Origin: Vicinamibacteria bacterium
GTDB taxonomy: Bacteria; Acidobacteriota; Vicinamibacteria; Marinacidobacterales; Marinacidobacteraceae
Reading direction: 5' to 3'
NCBI GenBank assembly: GCA_963422395.1
Contig: OY729431.1
Span: 1,056,001 to 1,120,000, forward strand
Length of the DNA stretch: 64,000 nt
Under the pieces are notes generated by a model. That model ran no database searches and was not told where the DNA came from. It saw only the letters and a list, made by a program, of their open reading frames with translations. The position numbers were made by a program, and so were the translations under genes. This document shows, piece after piece, positions 38,698 to 48,824 of the stretch (the stretch's first letter is position 1; each line of letters opens with the position of its first letter).

Positions 38698-39567
38698 GTG
38701 GGCGGCAGCAGTTCGGGCGCGGCAGCGTCCGCTTCCGGGCCCCGTTTCGGCCTCGCGGCCTTCGATCTCGACGGCACCCTGCTCGACTCGAACAAACGGA
38801 TCTCCGACCGCAACCGGGAGGCGCTTTTCCGTGCGGAGCGGGCGGGGGTCCGGCTCGCGGTGATCTCCGGACGCCGCTTCGCCGAACTCGAGTCGCTGAC
38901 CGTCGGGCTGCCGGCGGGCCTGTTCCGCGCCGGGCACGGAGGAGCGCTGATCCGACAGGAGCGCCGCGCGATCTCCGAAATCCCGGTGCCGCGGGCGGCG
39001 GCGCTCGAGGCGTGCCGGATCGCGCTCACCCCCGGGCTCATCCCCGGACTCATCCTCCTCATCAGCGACCGGGACGGCGGAGTGCGGATCACCGCCCGGG
39101 AAGCTGCTTCGGAACGGGTCGCGCGCTATCTCGCGACGGTGCGGCCCCGGCCCCGTTTCGAATCGTTCCCGCGGTTCGTAGAAGACCCGCTGCATGTGGT
39201 GCTCGCGGGAAGGCCCGCCGCCTGCCGGGCGGCCGAAGCGGCGCTCGGCGAGGCGCTCGGAGAGACCGTGACCCTGGAGCGGACCGAGTACCCGGCTACC
39301 GACCTGGGCCTGCTGGATGTGCTCGGGGCCGGGGCGAACAAGGGGGCAGCGCTCGCGCGGATCGCGGAGGACGCCGGCGTTCCGCTCGAGGCGACCCTCG
39401 CGTTCGGCGACAACTGGAATGATGTGGGCATGCTCGAGGCGGCGGGCCTGGGCTTCCTGATGGAGAACGCCGAACCCGAACTCAAGGCGCTGGGCTTCCC
39501 GCTCACCGGATCCCACGACGCCCACGGGGTGGCTTCGGCGCTCGATCGTCTGATCCCCGCTTCTTGA
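38698..39567 (+). CDS. Cof-type HAD-IIB hydrolase
   Basis: FDLDGTLL, ISGR, NKG, AFGDNWNDVGML. Confidence 0.9.
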   Translation: MGGSSSGAAASASGPRFGLAAFDLDGTLLDSNKRISDRNREALFRAERAGVRLAVISGRRFAELESLTVGLPAGLFRAGHGGALIRQERRAISEIPVPRAAALEACRIALTPGLIPGLILLISDRDGGVRITAREAASERVARYLATVRPRPRFESFPRFVEDPLHVVLAGRPAACRAAEAALGEALGETVTLERTEYPATDLGLLDVLGAGANKGAALARIAEDAGVPLEATLAFGDNWNDVGMLEAAGLGFLMENAEPELKALGFPLTGSHDAHGVASALDRLIPAS

Positions 39568-40691
39568 TCTTCGAGGTCACCGCGACGAGCGGGCCGGCTC
39601 GCCTCGGCCGCCTCCTCACTGCGCATGGCCCGGTGGAAACCCCGGCCTTCATGCCGGTCGCCACCGGCGGCGCGATCCGCGGCCTGACGAGCGCCGGGAC
39701 CGCGGCCACCGGTTCCCCCATGCTGCTGAGCAATGCGTGGCACCTCATGCTGCAGCCGGGGGACGAGCGGATCGCCCGGCTCGGCGGCCTGCACCGTCTC
39801 ATGGCGTGGGACCGGCCGATCCTCACCGACAGCGGCGGATACCAACTAGCGAGCCTGAAGCAGCTCGCCAAGGTGTCGGAAGCCGGCGTGCGGGTGCGTT
39901 CTTACCGCGATGGATCGATGCACGAACTGACTCCCGAGCGGGCTATCGGGATTCAGCGGAACCTGGGATCCGATATCGCCATGGTCCTCGACGAATGCCT
40001 GGCGCTGCCGGCGGCCGAAGCTGCGGTTCGGCAGGCGGCGCACCGCAGCCTACGCTGGGCCGAACGGTCGCTCGTGCCGCCGCGCCCCCCCGGACAGTTG
40101 CTCTTCGGGATCGTGCAGGGAGGTGTTTCGGCAGCTCTGCGGCGCGAAAACGCCCGGGAGCTGGCGGCCTTCGGGCCCGCGGGCGAAGGTTTCGACGGTT
40201 TCGGCGTCGGCGGTCTGTTCATGGGGGAAGCCCGGGAGGAGACGCGGCGTATGACCCGGGTCGCCGCCGAGGCGCTCGGCGAGGAGCGCCCGCGCTATCT
40301 CATGGGCGCGGGGCTGCCGGCCGATCTCATCGAGTCGGCAGGACTCGGGGTGGATCTCTTCGACAGCGTGGTGCCGACCCGGCTCGCGCGGCGCGGGATC
40401 GTGTTCACTGCGGCGGGCCGCATGAATCTCTCCCGCGCCCCGTACCGGGACGACGGCGCCCGCCTCGACGAGGCGTGCCCCTGTCCCGCTTGCCGGGAAT
40501 CCTGCCGCGCCTGGCTCCACCACCTGCTGCGCGCGGGGGAGCGGATCGCCGCGACCCTCCTGACGGCGCACAACCTGACCTTCTACGCCGGACTCACCGC
40601 GCGGATGCGGGAGGCGATCCGGGAGGATCGTTACGCCTCTTTCGAGGAGGAACAGCGGAACCGGTGGGCCTCGACCGCTCCGCACCGCTGA
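39564..40691 (+). CDS. tgt: tRNA-guanine transglycosylase
   Basis: TPAFMPVAT, TDSGGYQ, LDEC, GIVQGG, YLMG, FDSVVPTR, CPCPAC...HN; tgt-yajC-secDF synteny. Confidence 0.95.
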   Translation: MIFEVTATSGPARLGRLLTAHGPVETPAFMPVATGGAIRGLTSAGTAATGSPMLLSNAWHLMLQPGDERIARLGGLHRLMAWDRPILTDSGGYQLASLKQLAKVSEAGVRVRSYRDGSMHELTPERAIGIQRNLGSDIAMVLDECLALPAAEAAVRQAAHRSLRWAERSLVPPRPPGQLLFGIVQGGVSAALRRENARELAAFGPAGEGFDGFGVGGLFMGEAREETRRMTRVAAEALGEERPRYLMGAGLPADLIESAGLGVDLFDSVVPTRLARRGIVFTAAGRMNLSRAPYRDDGARLDEACPCPACRESCRAWLHHLLRAGERIAATLLTAHNLTFYAGLTARMREAIREDRYASFEEEQRNRWASTAPHR

Positions 40692-40708
40692 GTCGGTACC
40701 GGGGCTGG

Positions 40709-40749
40709 TGTGACCTGCGGCAGGTCGTTCATGCGAGCCCGATGCCCGA
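40709..40749 (+). mobile_element. IS481 left-end remnant
   Basis: TGTGACCTGCGGCAGGTCGTTCATGCGAGCCCGATGCCCGA versus TGTGACCTTGCGGTAGGTTGTTCACGCGAGCCCGATGCCCGA (reverse complement of 61497-61538). Confidence 0.8.
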
Positions 40750-40920
40750 GGGCGGTCCCCTCGCGGGGATGGAGAACCCCCTCCCGCCGCCGTGTCTCGG
40801 TACGCCCTCGAAGCCGTGGTATCCTGTCCGGCCTTCGGCGCCCGGTCCTGCTCCACCGAGGGGGTCCGGGCTTTTTCGCGTTCCCATCGTTCGCGTTTCC
40901 TCATCGCCGGGATCCCGACC

Positions 40921-41223
40921 ATGCTCCCTCCTCTGCTTCAGGCCGACGCCGGCGGCGGCGCCTTCGGCATGCAGATCTTCCTGTTCGCCGTCATCTTCGG
41001 CATCTTCTATCTCATCGTGTTCCGCCCCATGCGGAAGCGGCAGCGGGACACCGAGCGAATGCTGAAAAGCCTCGATCGCGGCGCGCGGGTCGTCACGAGC
41101 GGCGGCATCCACGGCACGATCATCGGGATCCAGGGGGAGGTGGTGCAGCTCAAGGTGGCCGACAACCTCAAGCTCCAGATCTCGAAGAGCGCCGTCGCCA
41201 GCGTGATCGACAAGAAGGCCTGA
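40921..41223 (+). CDS. yajC: Preprotein translocase subunit YajC
   Basis: FYLIVFRP, VVTSGGIHG; TGGTATCCT -10 at 40817. Confidence 0.95.
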   Translation: MLPPLLQADAGGGAFGMQIFLFAVIFGIFYLIVFRPMRKRQRDTERMLKSLDRGARVVTSGGIHGTIIGIQGEVVQLKVADNLKLQISKSAVASVIDKKA

Positions 41224-41260
41224 CCGTCCTCGCCGCGAGGAGGGTTTCCTCGACTTCACC

Positions 41261-42799
41261 GTGAAGAAGAATCTTCGCGTCAAGGGAGTTCTGCTCCTTG
41301 CGCTGTTGGCGGGGCTCGCCTGGCTGGTCCATCCGCCGCGGGAGACCATCGTTTTGGGGCTCGACCTCCAGGGCGGTATCCATCTGGTCCTGCGGGTCCA
41401 CACCGAGGACGCGGTCCGGGTGCTCACCGACGAGACCGCGGAACAGTTCGCCGAACGGCTCGACGACGAGGACATCGACTTCGCCGATATCGAGGCTGTG
41501 GAGCTCGGACGGCTGACCTTGCGCAGTCTCGATGCGTCCCGTTTGCGCGAGGTACGCGACATCCTCGAATTCAGCTGGCCGGGTTGGGACCTGCGGAGCC
41601 TCGGCGGCGGTGACTGGTCGCTCACGCTGCGCCCTGCCGAGGAGATCGTGGTCCGCGAGCAGACCGTCACCCAGGCGATGGAGACCATCCGTCGGCGGGT
41701 GGACGAGCTGGGGGTGGCCGAACCGGTCATCACCACTCACGGCAACACCGGAGATCAGATCCTGGTCCAGTTGCCCGGCTACGAGGATGTGGCGCGCGCC
41801 AAGGAGATCATCCAGGCTACCGCCCAGCTCGAACTCCGGCTCGTCCAGGCCGGACCTGCGTTCGACGAAGCGGCGCTGCCTCCCCGGAACAGTTCGCTCG
41901 AAAACCTCGCAACGGAGCTGCCGACCGGCGGCACGGGCTTCTATCAGGTGAACCGGGTGGCGGCGATCACCGGGCGCGACCTCCGGAATGCGCGGCAGGG
42001 CATCGATTTCCAGACGAACACCCCGAATGTGGAGTTCAGTCTGCACGCCGAGGGCGCGTCCCGGTTCCGGGACTTCACCGGGGCCAATGTGGGGCGGCAG
42101 ATGGCGATCGTGCTCGACGGGGAGGTCGTTTCCGCGCCGGTCATCGAGAGCCCGATCTACGACCAGGGACAGATCGTCGGGAACTTCACCGTGGAGGAGG
42201 CGCTCGACCTCGCGCTGGTCCTGCGCGCGGGAGCGCTGCCGGCGTCGCTCGAGTACCAGGAGGAGCGCACCGTCGGACCTTCGCTCGGAGCGGACTCGAT
42301 CCGCAGCGGGGTCACTGCCTCGCTCGCCGGACTCGCCGGGGTTCTGCTGTTCCTCATCTTCTATTACCGGCTCTCCGGGGTGAACGCCATCGTCGCGCTG
42401 CTCCTCAACCTGCTGATCCTGGTCGGGGCGATGGCCTACTTCGCGGCGACCCTGACGCTCCCCGGTATCGCGGGCGTGATCCTGACGATCGGCATGGGCG
42501 TGGACGCCAATGTGCTGATCTTCGAGCGGATCAAGGAAGAGATGCGTTCCGGCAAGGCCCCGCGGACCGCGATTTCCGTCGGGTTCTCCCGCGTTTTCTG
42601 GACGATCGTGGACGCGAACATGACGAGTCTGGTGGCGGCTGCGATCCTCTTCCAGTTCGGCACCGGGCCGGTCCAGGGGTTCGCGGTGACCCTCAGCATC
42701 GGCCTCGTGAGCAATGTGTTCACCGCGATGTTCGTGTCCCGATATCTCTTCGACCTCGTGCTTTCGGGCCGGCGCCAGGTCGCCGCTCTCAGCATCTGA
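41261..42799 (+). CDS. secD: Protein translocase subunit SecD
   Basis: LGLDLQGG, RRVDELGVAEP, RTVGPSLG, VDANVLIFERIKEE. Confidence 0.97.
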   Translation: MKKNLRVKGVLLLALLAGLAWLVHPPRETIVLGLDLQGGIHLVLRVHTEDAVRVLTDETAEQFAERLDDEDIDFADIEAVELGRLTLRSLDASRLREVRDILEFSWPGWDLRSLGGGDWSLTLRPAEEIVVREQTVTQAMETIRRRVDELGVAEPVITTHGNTGDQILVQLPGYEDVARAKEIIQATAQLELRLVQAGPAFDEAALPPRNSSLENLATELPTGGTGFYQVNRVAAITGRDLRNARQGIDFQTNTPNVEFSLHAEGASRFRDFTGANVGRQMAIVLDGEVVSAPVIESPIYDQGQIVGNFTVEEALDLALVLRAGALPASLEYQEERTVGPSLGADSIRSGVTASLAGLAGVLLFLIFYYRLSGVNAIVALLLNLLILVGAMAYFAATLTLPGIAGVILTIGMGVDANVLIFERIKEEMRSGKAPRTAISVGFSRVFWTIVDANMTSLVAAAILFQFGTGPVQGFAVTLSIGLVSNVFTAMFVSRYLFDLVLSGRRQVAALSI

Positions 42800-42870
42800 C
42801 CGCCGTGGCGGAAGCGCTCCCTCTCCGAAGCAGCGCGGGCGCCCTGCAGTTCTTCGACGCCTGAATCGGC

Positions 42871-43878
42871 ATGGACATCCTCAAAGACACCCGGATCGAC
42901 TGGCTGCGGTACCGCTGGTGGTTCGCCGCGGTTTCGCTCGCGGTCCTGGTCCTCGGGTCGTTCGATGTCCTCCGGAAGGGCGGCTTCCTGTATGGCATCG
43001 ACTTCTCCGAGGGAACCATGGTGGTCGCCAAGTTCGCCGAACCTCCGGAGATAGATGCGGTTCGGGATGCGGTCTCCGCCCTCGGATACGGGAACGCGGT
43101 GATCCAGAGCTACGACCGCCCCGAGATGAACCAGGTGATGATCCGCATCGAAAAGGCGGCTGCTGCATCCGGGACTCCGGTTTCGGGCGGTGGCGCCGGC
43201 GCGGAACCGTCGGCCGGCGCTGGAATAGACGAGGCCGCGAACCGCATTCTGGGAGCGCTCCGCAACGGAGTGGCGGGCAACGAGATGGTGTCGGCGAGCA
43301 CCGAGATCGTGGGTCCCGTGGTCGGCGAAGAGCTGCGCCGCCGGGCGCGGAACGCGACCCTCCTCGCGCTCTTCGCCATGCTGCTCTACATCGGTTTCCG
43401 CTTCGAGCCGGTGTACGGAGTCGGGGCCACCGTTGCGGTCGTCCACGATGTGCTGGTGACCCTGGCGCTGGTCTCCCTGTTCGACTACGAGATCAGTCTG
43501 AATGTGATCGCCGCCTTCATGACTCTCGTCGGGTACTCGGTGAACGACACGATCGTCATCTTCGATCGGGTGCGGGAAAACCGGCACCTCCACCGCCGCC
43601 TGAGCCTGCCTGCGATCGTCAACCTGGCGATCAACCAGACTCTCCGCCGGACGATCCTGACTTCCGGACTCACCCTGCTTGCCGTCGGCGCGCTGCTGGT
43701 CTGGGGCGGCGAGGTCCTCCGCGCTTTCTCGTTCGTGCTGGTGGTCGGCGTGGTCGTGGGGACCTATTCCTCGATCGCCGTCGCCTCGCCGATCGTCCTC
43801 TGGTGGCGATCCTTCCGCCGAGGATCCGCGGCGAGCGCCGAAGAACAGCGGCCGCAAGCGAAACCGGCCCGCGTCTGA
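42871..43878 (+). CDS. secF: Protein translocase subunit SecF
   Basis: GIDFSEG, VGPVVGEEL, GYSVNDTIVIFDRVRE, GTYSS. Confidence 0.97.
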   Translation: MDILKDTRIDWLRYRWWFAAVSLAVLVLGSFDVLRKGGFLYGIDFSEGTMVVAKFAEPPEIDAVRDAVSALGYGNAVIQSYDRPEMNQVMIRIEKAAAASGTPVSGGGAGAEPSAGAGIDEAANRILGALRNGVAGNEMVSASTEIVGPVVGEELRRRARNATLLALFAMLLYIGFRFEPVYGVGATVAVVHDVLVTLALVSLFDYEISLNVIAAFMTLVGYSVNDTIVIFDRVRENRHLHRRLSLPAIVNLAINQTLRRTILTSGLTLLAVGALLVWGGEVLRAFSFVLVVGVVVGTYSSIAVASPIVLWWRSFRRGSAASAEEQRPQAKPARV

Positions 43879-43951
43879 CCGGCGCCCCGGCGCTTTCGGC
43901 CCGGGCGCCGGGACTCTTCCCGCTACACTCGCTCACGGAGGTTCGACCTTC

Positions 43952-44728
43952 GTGCAAGCCGGAGTTGCGGGACGACGCGAGTCGTTGTCGCCGACCGTCA
44001 CCGGCGGAGGTTCCGTCGGGCTCCGCACTTCGCTGCCGATCGGAGTCCTGCTCCACGCTGCCCTGGTCTGGCTCTTCCTCCATTCGTCCCTCGCGTTTCG
44101 CGCCGACCGGCTGCCGTCCATCGAGTTCCACCGCGTCCGCCTGTTCGCACCTCCGGCGGCGGCCCGGCGCCTCGGAGATCCGACGATCCGGCCCGAACCC
44201 GAAGATCTGGCGCGCCCGCCCGGGGCCGCGTCCCGGCGGGCGAAGCTTCTGCCCCTCCTGATCGCCGATCTGTCCGCCATGCTGGATTCGGTTTCTCGGC
44301 CGTCCGCCAGCTTCGGCGCCGAAACCGGTGTCCCCGATGGAGTGTGGGATGGATTGGAGTTCGGCAGACCGGACGGGGTCGTCGGCGGGCTTGCCGAAGG
44401 CATTCCGGGAGGTCGGATCGGAGCTCTTCCGGGGCGGGCCGATCCTGTCCTTTCGCCTCCCGACGAACCGCCGGCTCCGATCGCGATGCCCCGACCGCGG
44501 TTTCCGCGCGAGGCGCTCCGAGACGGAATTCGTGGTCGGGTGGTTCTGCGCGCGCTGATCGATCCGCGGGGAACCGTGGAAGTGCTGCGGATCTTGCGTT
44601 CCGTTCCGGGGCTCGACGCCGAGGCGGTTCGAGTCGTCGAATCGGAGTGGAGGTTCCGACCCGCGCGCCGGGACGGCAGGCCGGTTCCGGCGCTCAGCGA
44701 TCTGGTGGTTCGATTCTCCCTTCGTTAG
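43952..44728 (+). CDS. TonB-family energy transducer (divergent paralog)
   Basis: TM anchor with His (VLLHAALV), Gly-rich linker, PRFPREA...GRVVLRALID...WRFRPA; GGAGG SD. Confidence 0.85.
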   Translation: MQAGVAGRRESLSPTVTGGGSVGLRTSLPIGVLLHAALVWLFLHSSLAFRADRLPSIEFHRVRLFAPPAAARRLGDPTIRPEPEDLARPPGAASRRAKLLPLLIADLSAMLDSVSRPSASFGAETGVPDGVWDGLEFGRPDGVVGGLAEGIPGGRIGALPGRADPVLSPPDEPPAPIAMPRPRFPREALRDGIRGRVVLRALIDPRGTVEVLRILRSVPGLDAEAVRVVESEWRFRPARRDGRPVPALSDLVVRFSLR

Positions 44729-44814
44729 TCTGAATTTTCATGGATTTACGACGCATGCGGGGCAACCCTTCGAGCCGCTCGAATCCCCCCCGGGCGGTCC
44801 GAGGGTCGGGGCTG

Positions 44815-44858
44815 ACGGTTGACATACGGTTGACATCCCGAGGGGGCGATGGTAGTTT
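44815..44858 (+). promoter_or_regulatory. Sigma70 promoter (TTGACA-17-TAGTTT, TGn extension) overlapped by tandem ACGGTTGACAT x2
   Basis: TTGACA 44830-35, TAGTTT 44853-58, perfect 11-bp direct repeat 44815-44836. Confidence 0.75.
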
Positions 44859-44981
44859 CTCCATCCCTTCGATGCAGCCCGGGGATGCGCCTGTCGCGCT
44901 CCCGAATGTGGGGAACCGGTGGCTCCCGGGCTGTTGTTCTTCACCCAGAAGGGCATCCAGTTGGAGGAAAAGGAGCCTAGC

Positions 44982-45689
<708 letters not shown>

Positions 45690-45846
45690 CTTCCCTCGCT
45701 CCCAGAAATTCAGTCCGAGAGAAGATTCAGCAAGATTCGGCAATTCGGATCGAGCCCAATACCGGTATCGTTCATTTTTCGGATTCGGAAGATCGGCGCC
45801 CGGCGAAACCCTTACTCGTTTCCAGGACCCCAGGAGGATTACGGAA

Positions 45847-46518
45847 ATGTCTTTTGACCTACTCGAGATCTGGTCCCACATGGGGCCGGCAGCGAAGCTC
45901 ATCAACGGAGTGATGGCCATCATGTCGGTGTACTCGCTCTCGATCATGATCGAGCGCTGGTTGACCTATCGGAAAGCCAAGGGGCAATCCCGCGGATACT
46001 CGACCAAGATCGCCAGAGAACTGAAAGGCGGAGACCTCGAAAAGGCCATCAAGGTCAGCAAGGACAAGGGCGTGAAGAACAGCCACCTCGCCAAGGTGCT
46101 TCTCGCCGGGCTTCAGGAAGTGCAGTACCACTCCGAGGAAGGCGGGGCGTCGAACACCGAAGCAACGATGGAAGCCGCTCACCGAGCGATCCAGCGAGCC
46201 ACCGCCATCTGCATGATGGACCTGCGCCGGAATCTCTCCGGGCTCGCCACCGTAGGCGCGACGGCGCCCTTCGTGGGACTGTTGGGAACCGTGCTCGGCA
46301 TCATCACCGCTTTCCGCGGCATGGCGCTCACCGGATCCGGCGGGATCGGCGCCGTTTCGGCCGGAATCGCAGAGGCGCTCATCGCTACCGCGTTCGGGCT
46401 CTTCGTCGCCATTCCCGCAGTCTGGGCCTTCAACTACCTGACGAATCGAGCGGATGGTTTCGGTGTCGAGATGGACAACGGAGCCTCTGAGCTGATCGAC
46501 TTCATGGCGCGGCGCTGA
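45847..46518 (+). CDS. exbB: MotA/TolQ/ExbB proton-channel protein
   Basis: LATVGATAPFVGLLGTV, GIAEALIATAFGLFVAIPA. Confidence 0.93.
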   Translation: MSFDLLEIWSHMGPAAKLINGVMAIMSVYSLSIMIERWLTYRKAKGQSRGYSTKIARELKGGDLEKAIKVSKDKGVKNSHLAKVLLAGLQEVQYHSEEGGASNTEATMEAAHRAIQRATAICMMDLRRNLSGLATVGATAPFVGLLGTVLGIITAFRGMALTGSGGIGAVSAGIAEALIATAFGLFVAIPAVWAFNYLTNRADGFGVEMDNGASELIDFMARR

Positions 46519-46632
46519 ACTCGCCGTAGTCAAGCCACCAAAGTTCTCTCAACCGCGCTGTTCGCCGGCGCCGGTCTCTGTTCAGAGCACCGCGCCGGTG
46601 AGCGGGGCAACCCCTCGAAGGAGTAACGAGTC

Positions 46633-47049
46633 ATGGGAATGGCTGGCATTGGTAGCAAGGATGTCAATGCAAACATCAATGTGACGCCGCTCGCCGATGT
46701 CATGCTGGTGCTGCTCATCATCTTCATGGTCGTGACGCCACTTCTGCAGAAGGGAGTGGATGTCAAGCTTCCGGTCGCCGAGTACGGCGCGGACCACCCC
46801 GACAGCGACGATGTCGTGAATGTGGCCGTCCGGGAGAATGGCGCGATCTATCTGGATCTGCTTCCGACCACCCAGCAGGACCTCCCGACCGCTCTCGCTG
46901 CCAAGTTCGAGGGCAAGACGGAGAAAGTTCTGTTTCTGAAGGCCGACGAGCGTCTCGAATACCACGAGGTGCTCCGGATCATGTCGATCTGCCGCGACGG
47001 CGGAGCCGATGAGATCGGCCTCATCACCGATCGAGCCGACGGCGAATAG
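46633..47049 (+). CDS. exbD: ExbD/TolR protein 1
   Basis: INVTPLADVMLVLLIIFMV, LKAD. Confidence 0.93.
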   Translation: MGMAGIGSKDVNANINVTPLADVMLVLLIIFMVVTPLLQKGVDVKLPVAEYGADHPDSDDVVNVAVRENGAIYLDLLPTTQQDLPTALAAKFEGKTEKVLFLKADERLEYHEVLRIMSICRDGGADEIGLITDRADGE

Positions 47050-47103
47050 CCCCGGCCGGGATCTCCTCGTCCAGCGAGGGGACCCCTTCCAGGAGGAATC
47101 ATC

Positions 47104-47508
47104 ATGGGAATGTCAGGATTCGCCAAAGGCGGCGTTACTTCGGACATCAACATCACCCCGCTGATCGATGTGTTGCTGGTGCTTCTCATCATCTTCATGG
47201 TCGTGACCCCGCTGACCCAGCAAGGGCACGATGTGGAGATGCCCGACAACCAGGATCAGGTCATCAATGCCGAACCCGATCCGAATCAGCTGGTGTTGAC
47301 GATCGATCGGGACAACCAGGTGACGATCAACAAGCAGGTCGTTCCGAGCGAGGAGCTGCCCCTGCGTATCCGAGACATCTTCGAAACCAGAGCCGACAAG
47401 ACGATCTTCCTCAAGGCTGACGCGTTTCTCACCTATGGACAGGTGGTTGCCGTCCTCGATGTGGCCAAGGGGAACGGCGTCGAGCGCGTCGGGATCGTGG
47501 CCGAATAA
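47104..47508 (+). CDS. exbD: ExbD/TolR protein 2
   Basis: INITPLIDVLLVLLIIFMV, LKAD. Confidence 0.93.
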   Translation: MGMSGFAKGGVTSDINITPLIDVLLVLLIIFMVVTPLTQQGHDVEMPDNQDQVINAEPDPNQLVLTIDRDNQVTINKQVVPSEELPLRIRDIFETRADKTIFLKADAFLTYGQVVAVLDVAKGNGVERVGIVAE

Positions 47509-47547
47509 CGGCCAAGGCCACAGAGCCATCCAGGAGGACAACGCACC

Positions 47548-48633
47548 GTGGACAGAAAGACGAGAATTCGCGCTGGGATCGCGGCTGGAGTCGCGCTGGT
47601 CGTCGTGGTCGGAATTGCGATTTCGCCGCTTCCGGCTTTCCTCAGCAACTATGTGGACATGCTGCAGTCGATGCGATCTTTCCAGAAGGCCAACGAAGCC
47701 TACGGGAAGAAGGAGTACGAGGAGGCGATCGAGCATTATGTCGATGCGACCGAGAACGCTCCGGCGGACCACGCGATCATGCAGACCACTCTTCGCTTCT
47801 TCAGCGCCAGCAGTCACCATCTTCTCTACCGCCCGAACAATTTCGACGATCCGGCGAACGAGGCTTATCTGGATGCGGCGCTCGATGGATACGAAGACAC
47901 TCTCGATGTGGTCGAGGCAGCTCTCCAGAATCCCGATCTCGATGAAGGGACGAAAGAAACCGTCGCTCTTTATGAACGCTACGCATCGGAACAGCTCGCC
48001 GGAATCCATCGGGATCACCTCGACGATCTGGAGGGTGCGGAGCACTATTTCAACCGCCTGATCGAACTGGATCCAGATACCCCGCAGCGTTACTACGGGC
48101 TCGCGGATGTGTACGAGCGGTTTCACGATCCCGAAGAGAACCCGCTGCTGGACAAGGCGATCGCCGCATACGAGGTCCCGGTCCAGATGAATCCGGAGGA
48201 TCCGATCGGCTACCGGCAGGTAGCCAACCTGCTCAACAAGTACGGCCGCTTCGAGGAGACGATGGATTGGTTGGCCAGGGCCCGTGATGTCAATGCGGAA
48301 AACCCCGAGGGCTACTACCTCATCGCTACTTACTACTGGGACAAGGTCTATCGAGATCCCGATCTCGGCCAGCGTGAACGGCAGCAATACATCGATCTCG
48401 GGCTCGAGCAACTCGATGAGGCGCTGGTCCTCGAAGACGAGTATGTGGATGCTCTGGTTTACAAGAACCTCCTCCTCCGGGAGAAAGCGAAGGTGGATCC
48501 CCGGAACCAGGAAGCTCTGATCGCCGAGGCCGACGAGTACCGTGCTCGGGCACTCGAGATCCGGGATGCGCAGCAGGAGGCTGCGAGAGCAGCTGCTGCG
48601 GAAGCCGCGGAAGCCGCCGCCAAGGAGCGCTGA
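47548..48633 (+). CDS. Membrane-anchored/exported TPR protein
   Basis: N-terminal hydrophobic helix, TPR-like repeats (YEEAIEHY, YYGLADVY, YVDALVYKNLLLREKA); CCAGGAGGA SD. Confidence 0.8.
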   Translation: MDRKTRIRAGIAAGVALVVVVGIAISPLPAFLSNYVDMLQSMRSFQKANEAYGKKEYEEAIEHYVDATENAPADHAIMQTTLRFFSASSHHLLYRPNNFDDPANEAYLDAALDGYEDTLDVVEAALQNPDLDEGTKETVALYERYASEQLAGIHRDHLDDLEGAEHYFNRLIELDPDTPQRYYGLADVYERFHDPEENPLLDKAIAAYEVPVQMNPEDPIGYRQVANLLNKYGRFEETMDWLARARDVNAENPEGYYLIATYYWDKVYRDPDLGQRERQQYIDLGLEQLDEALVLEDEYVDALVYKNLLLREKAKVDPRNQEALIAEADEYRARALEIRDAQQEAARAAAAEAAEAAAKER

Positions 48634-48824
48634 CGAAAGGGATCCGTACAGAACTTCATCAGTTCCTCCGTCAGCAGCGGAGGGCGGCCGTGCGGCGGGT
48701 GGGAAGCGCCCTGGGTCGGGAGAGGGTATTCCGGTACACGAGACGCGCGTGTCCCCGGCATCCGCCGAGGATGCGCGCCGTTGGGTTCGTTCGGGCATGT
48801 CCGTTCGGGGACAGGTGACGAGTG

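Noticed and set aside
43879-43911. GC hairpin after secF as an intrinsic terminator
   Set aside because: No U-tract; hairpins arise easily at this GC content
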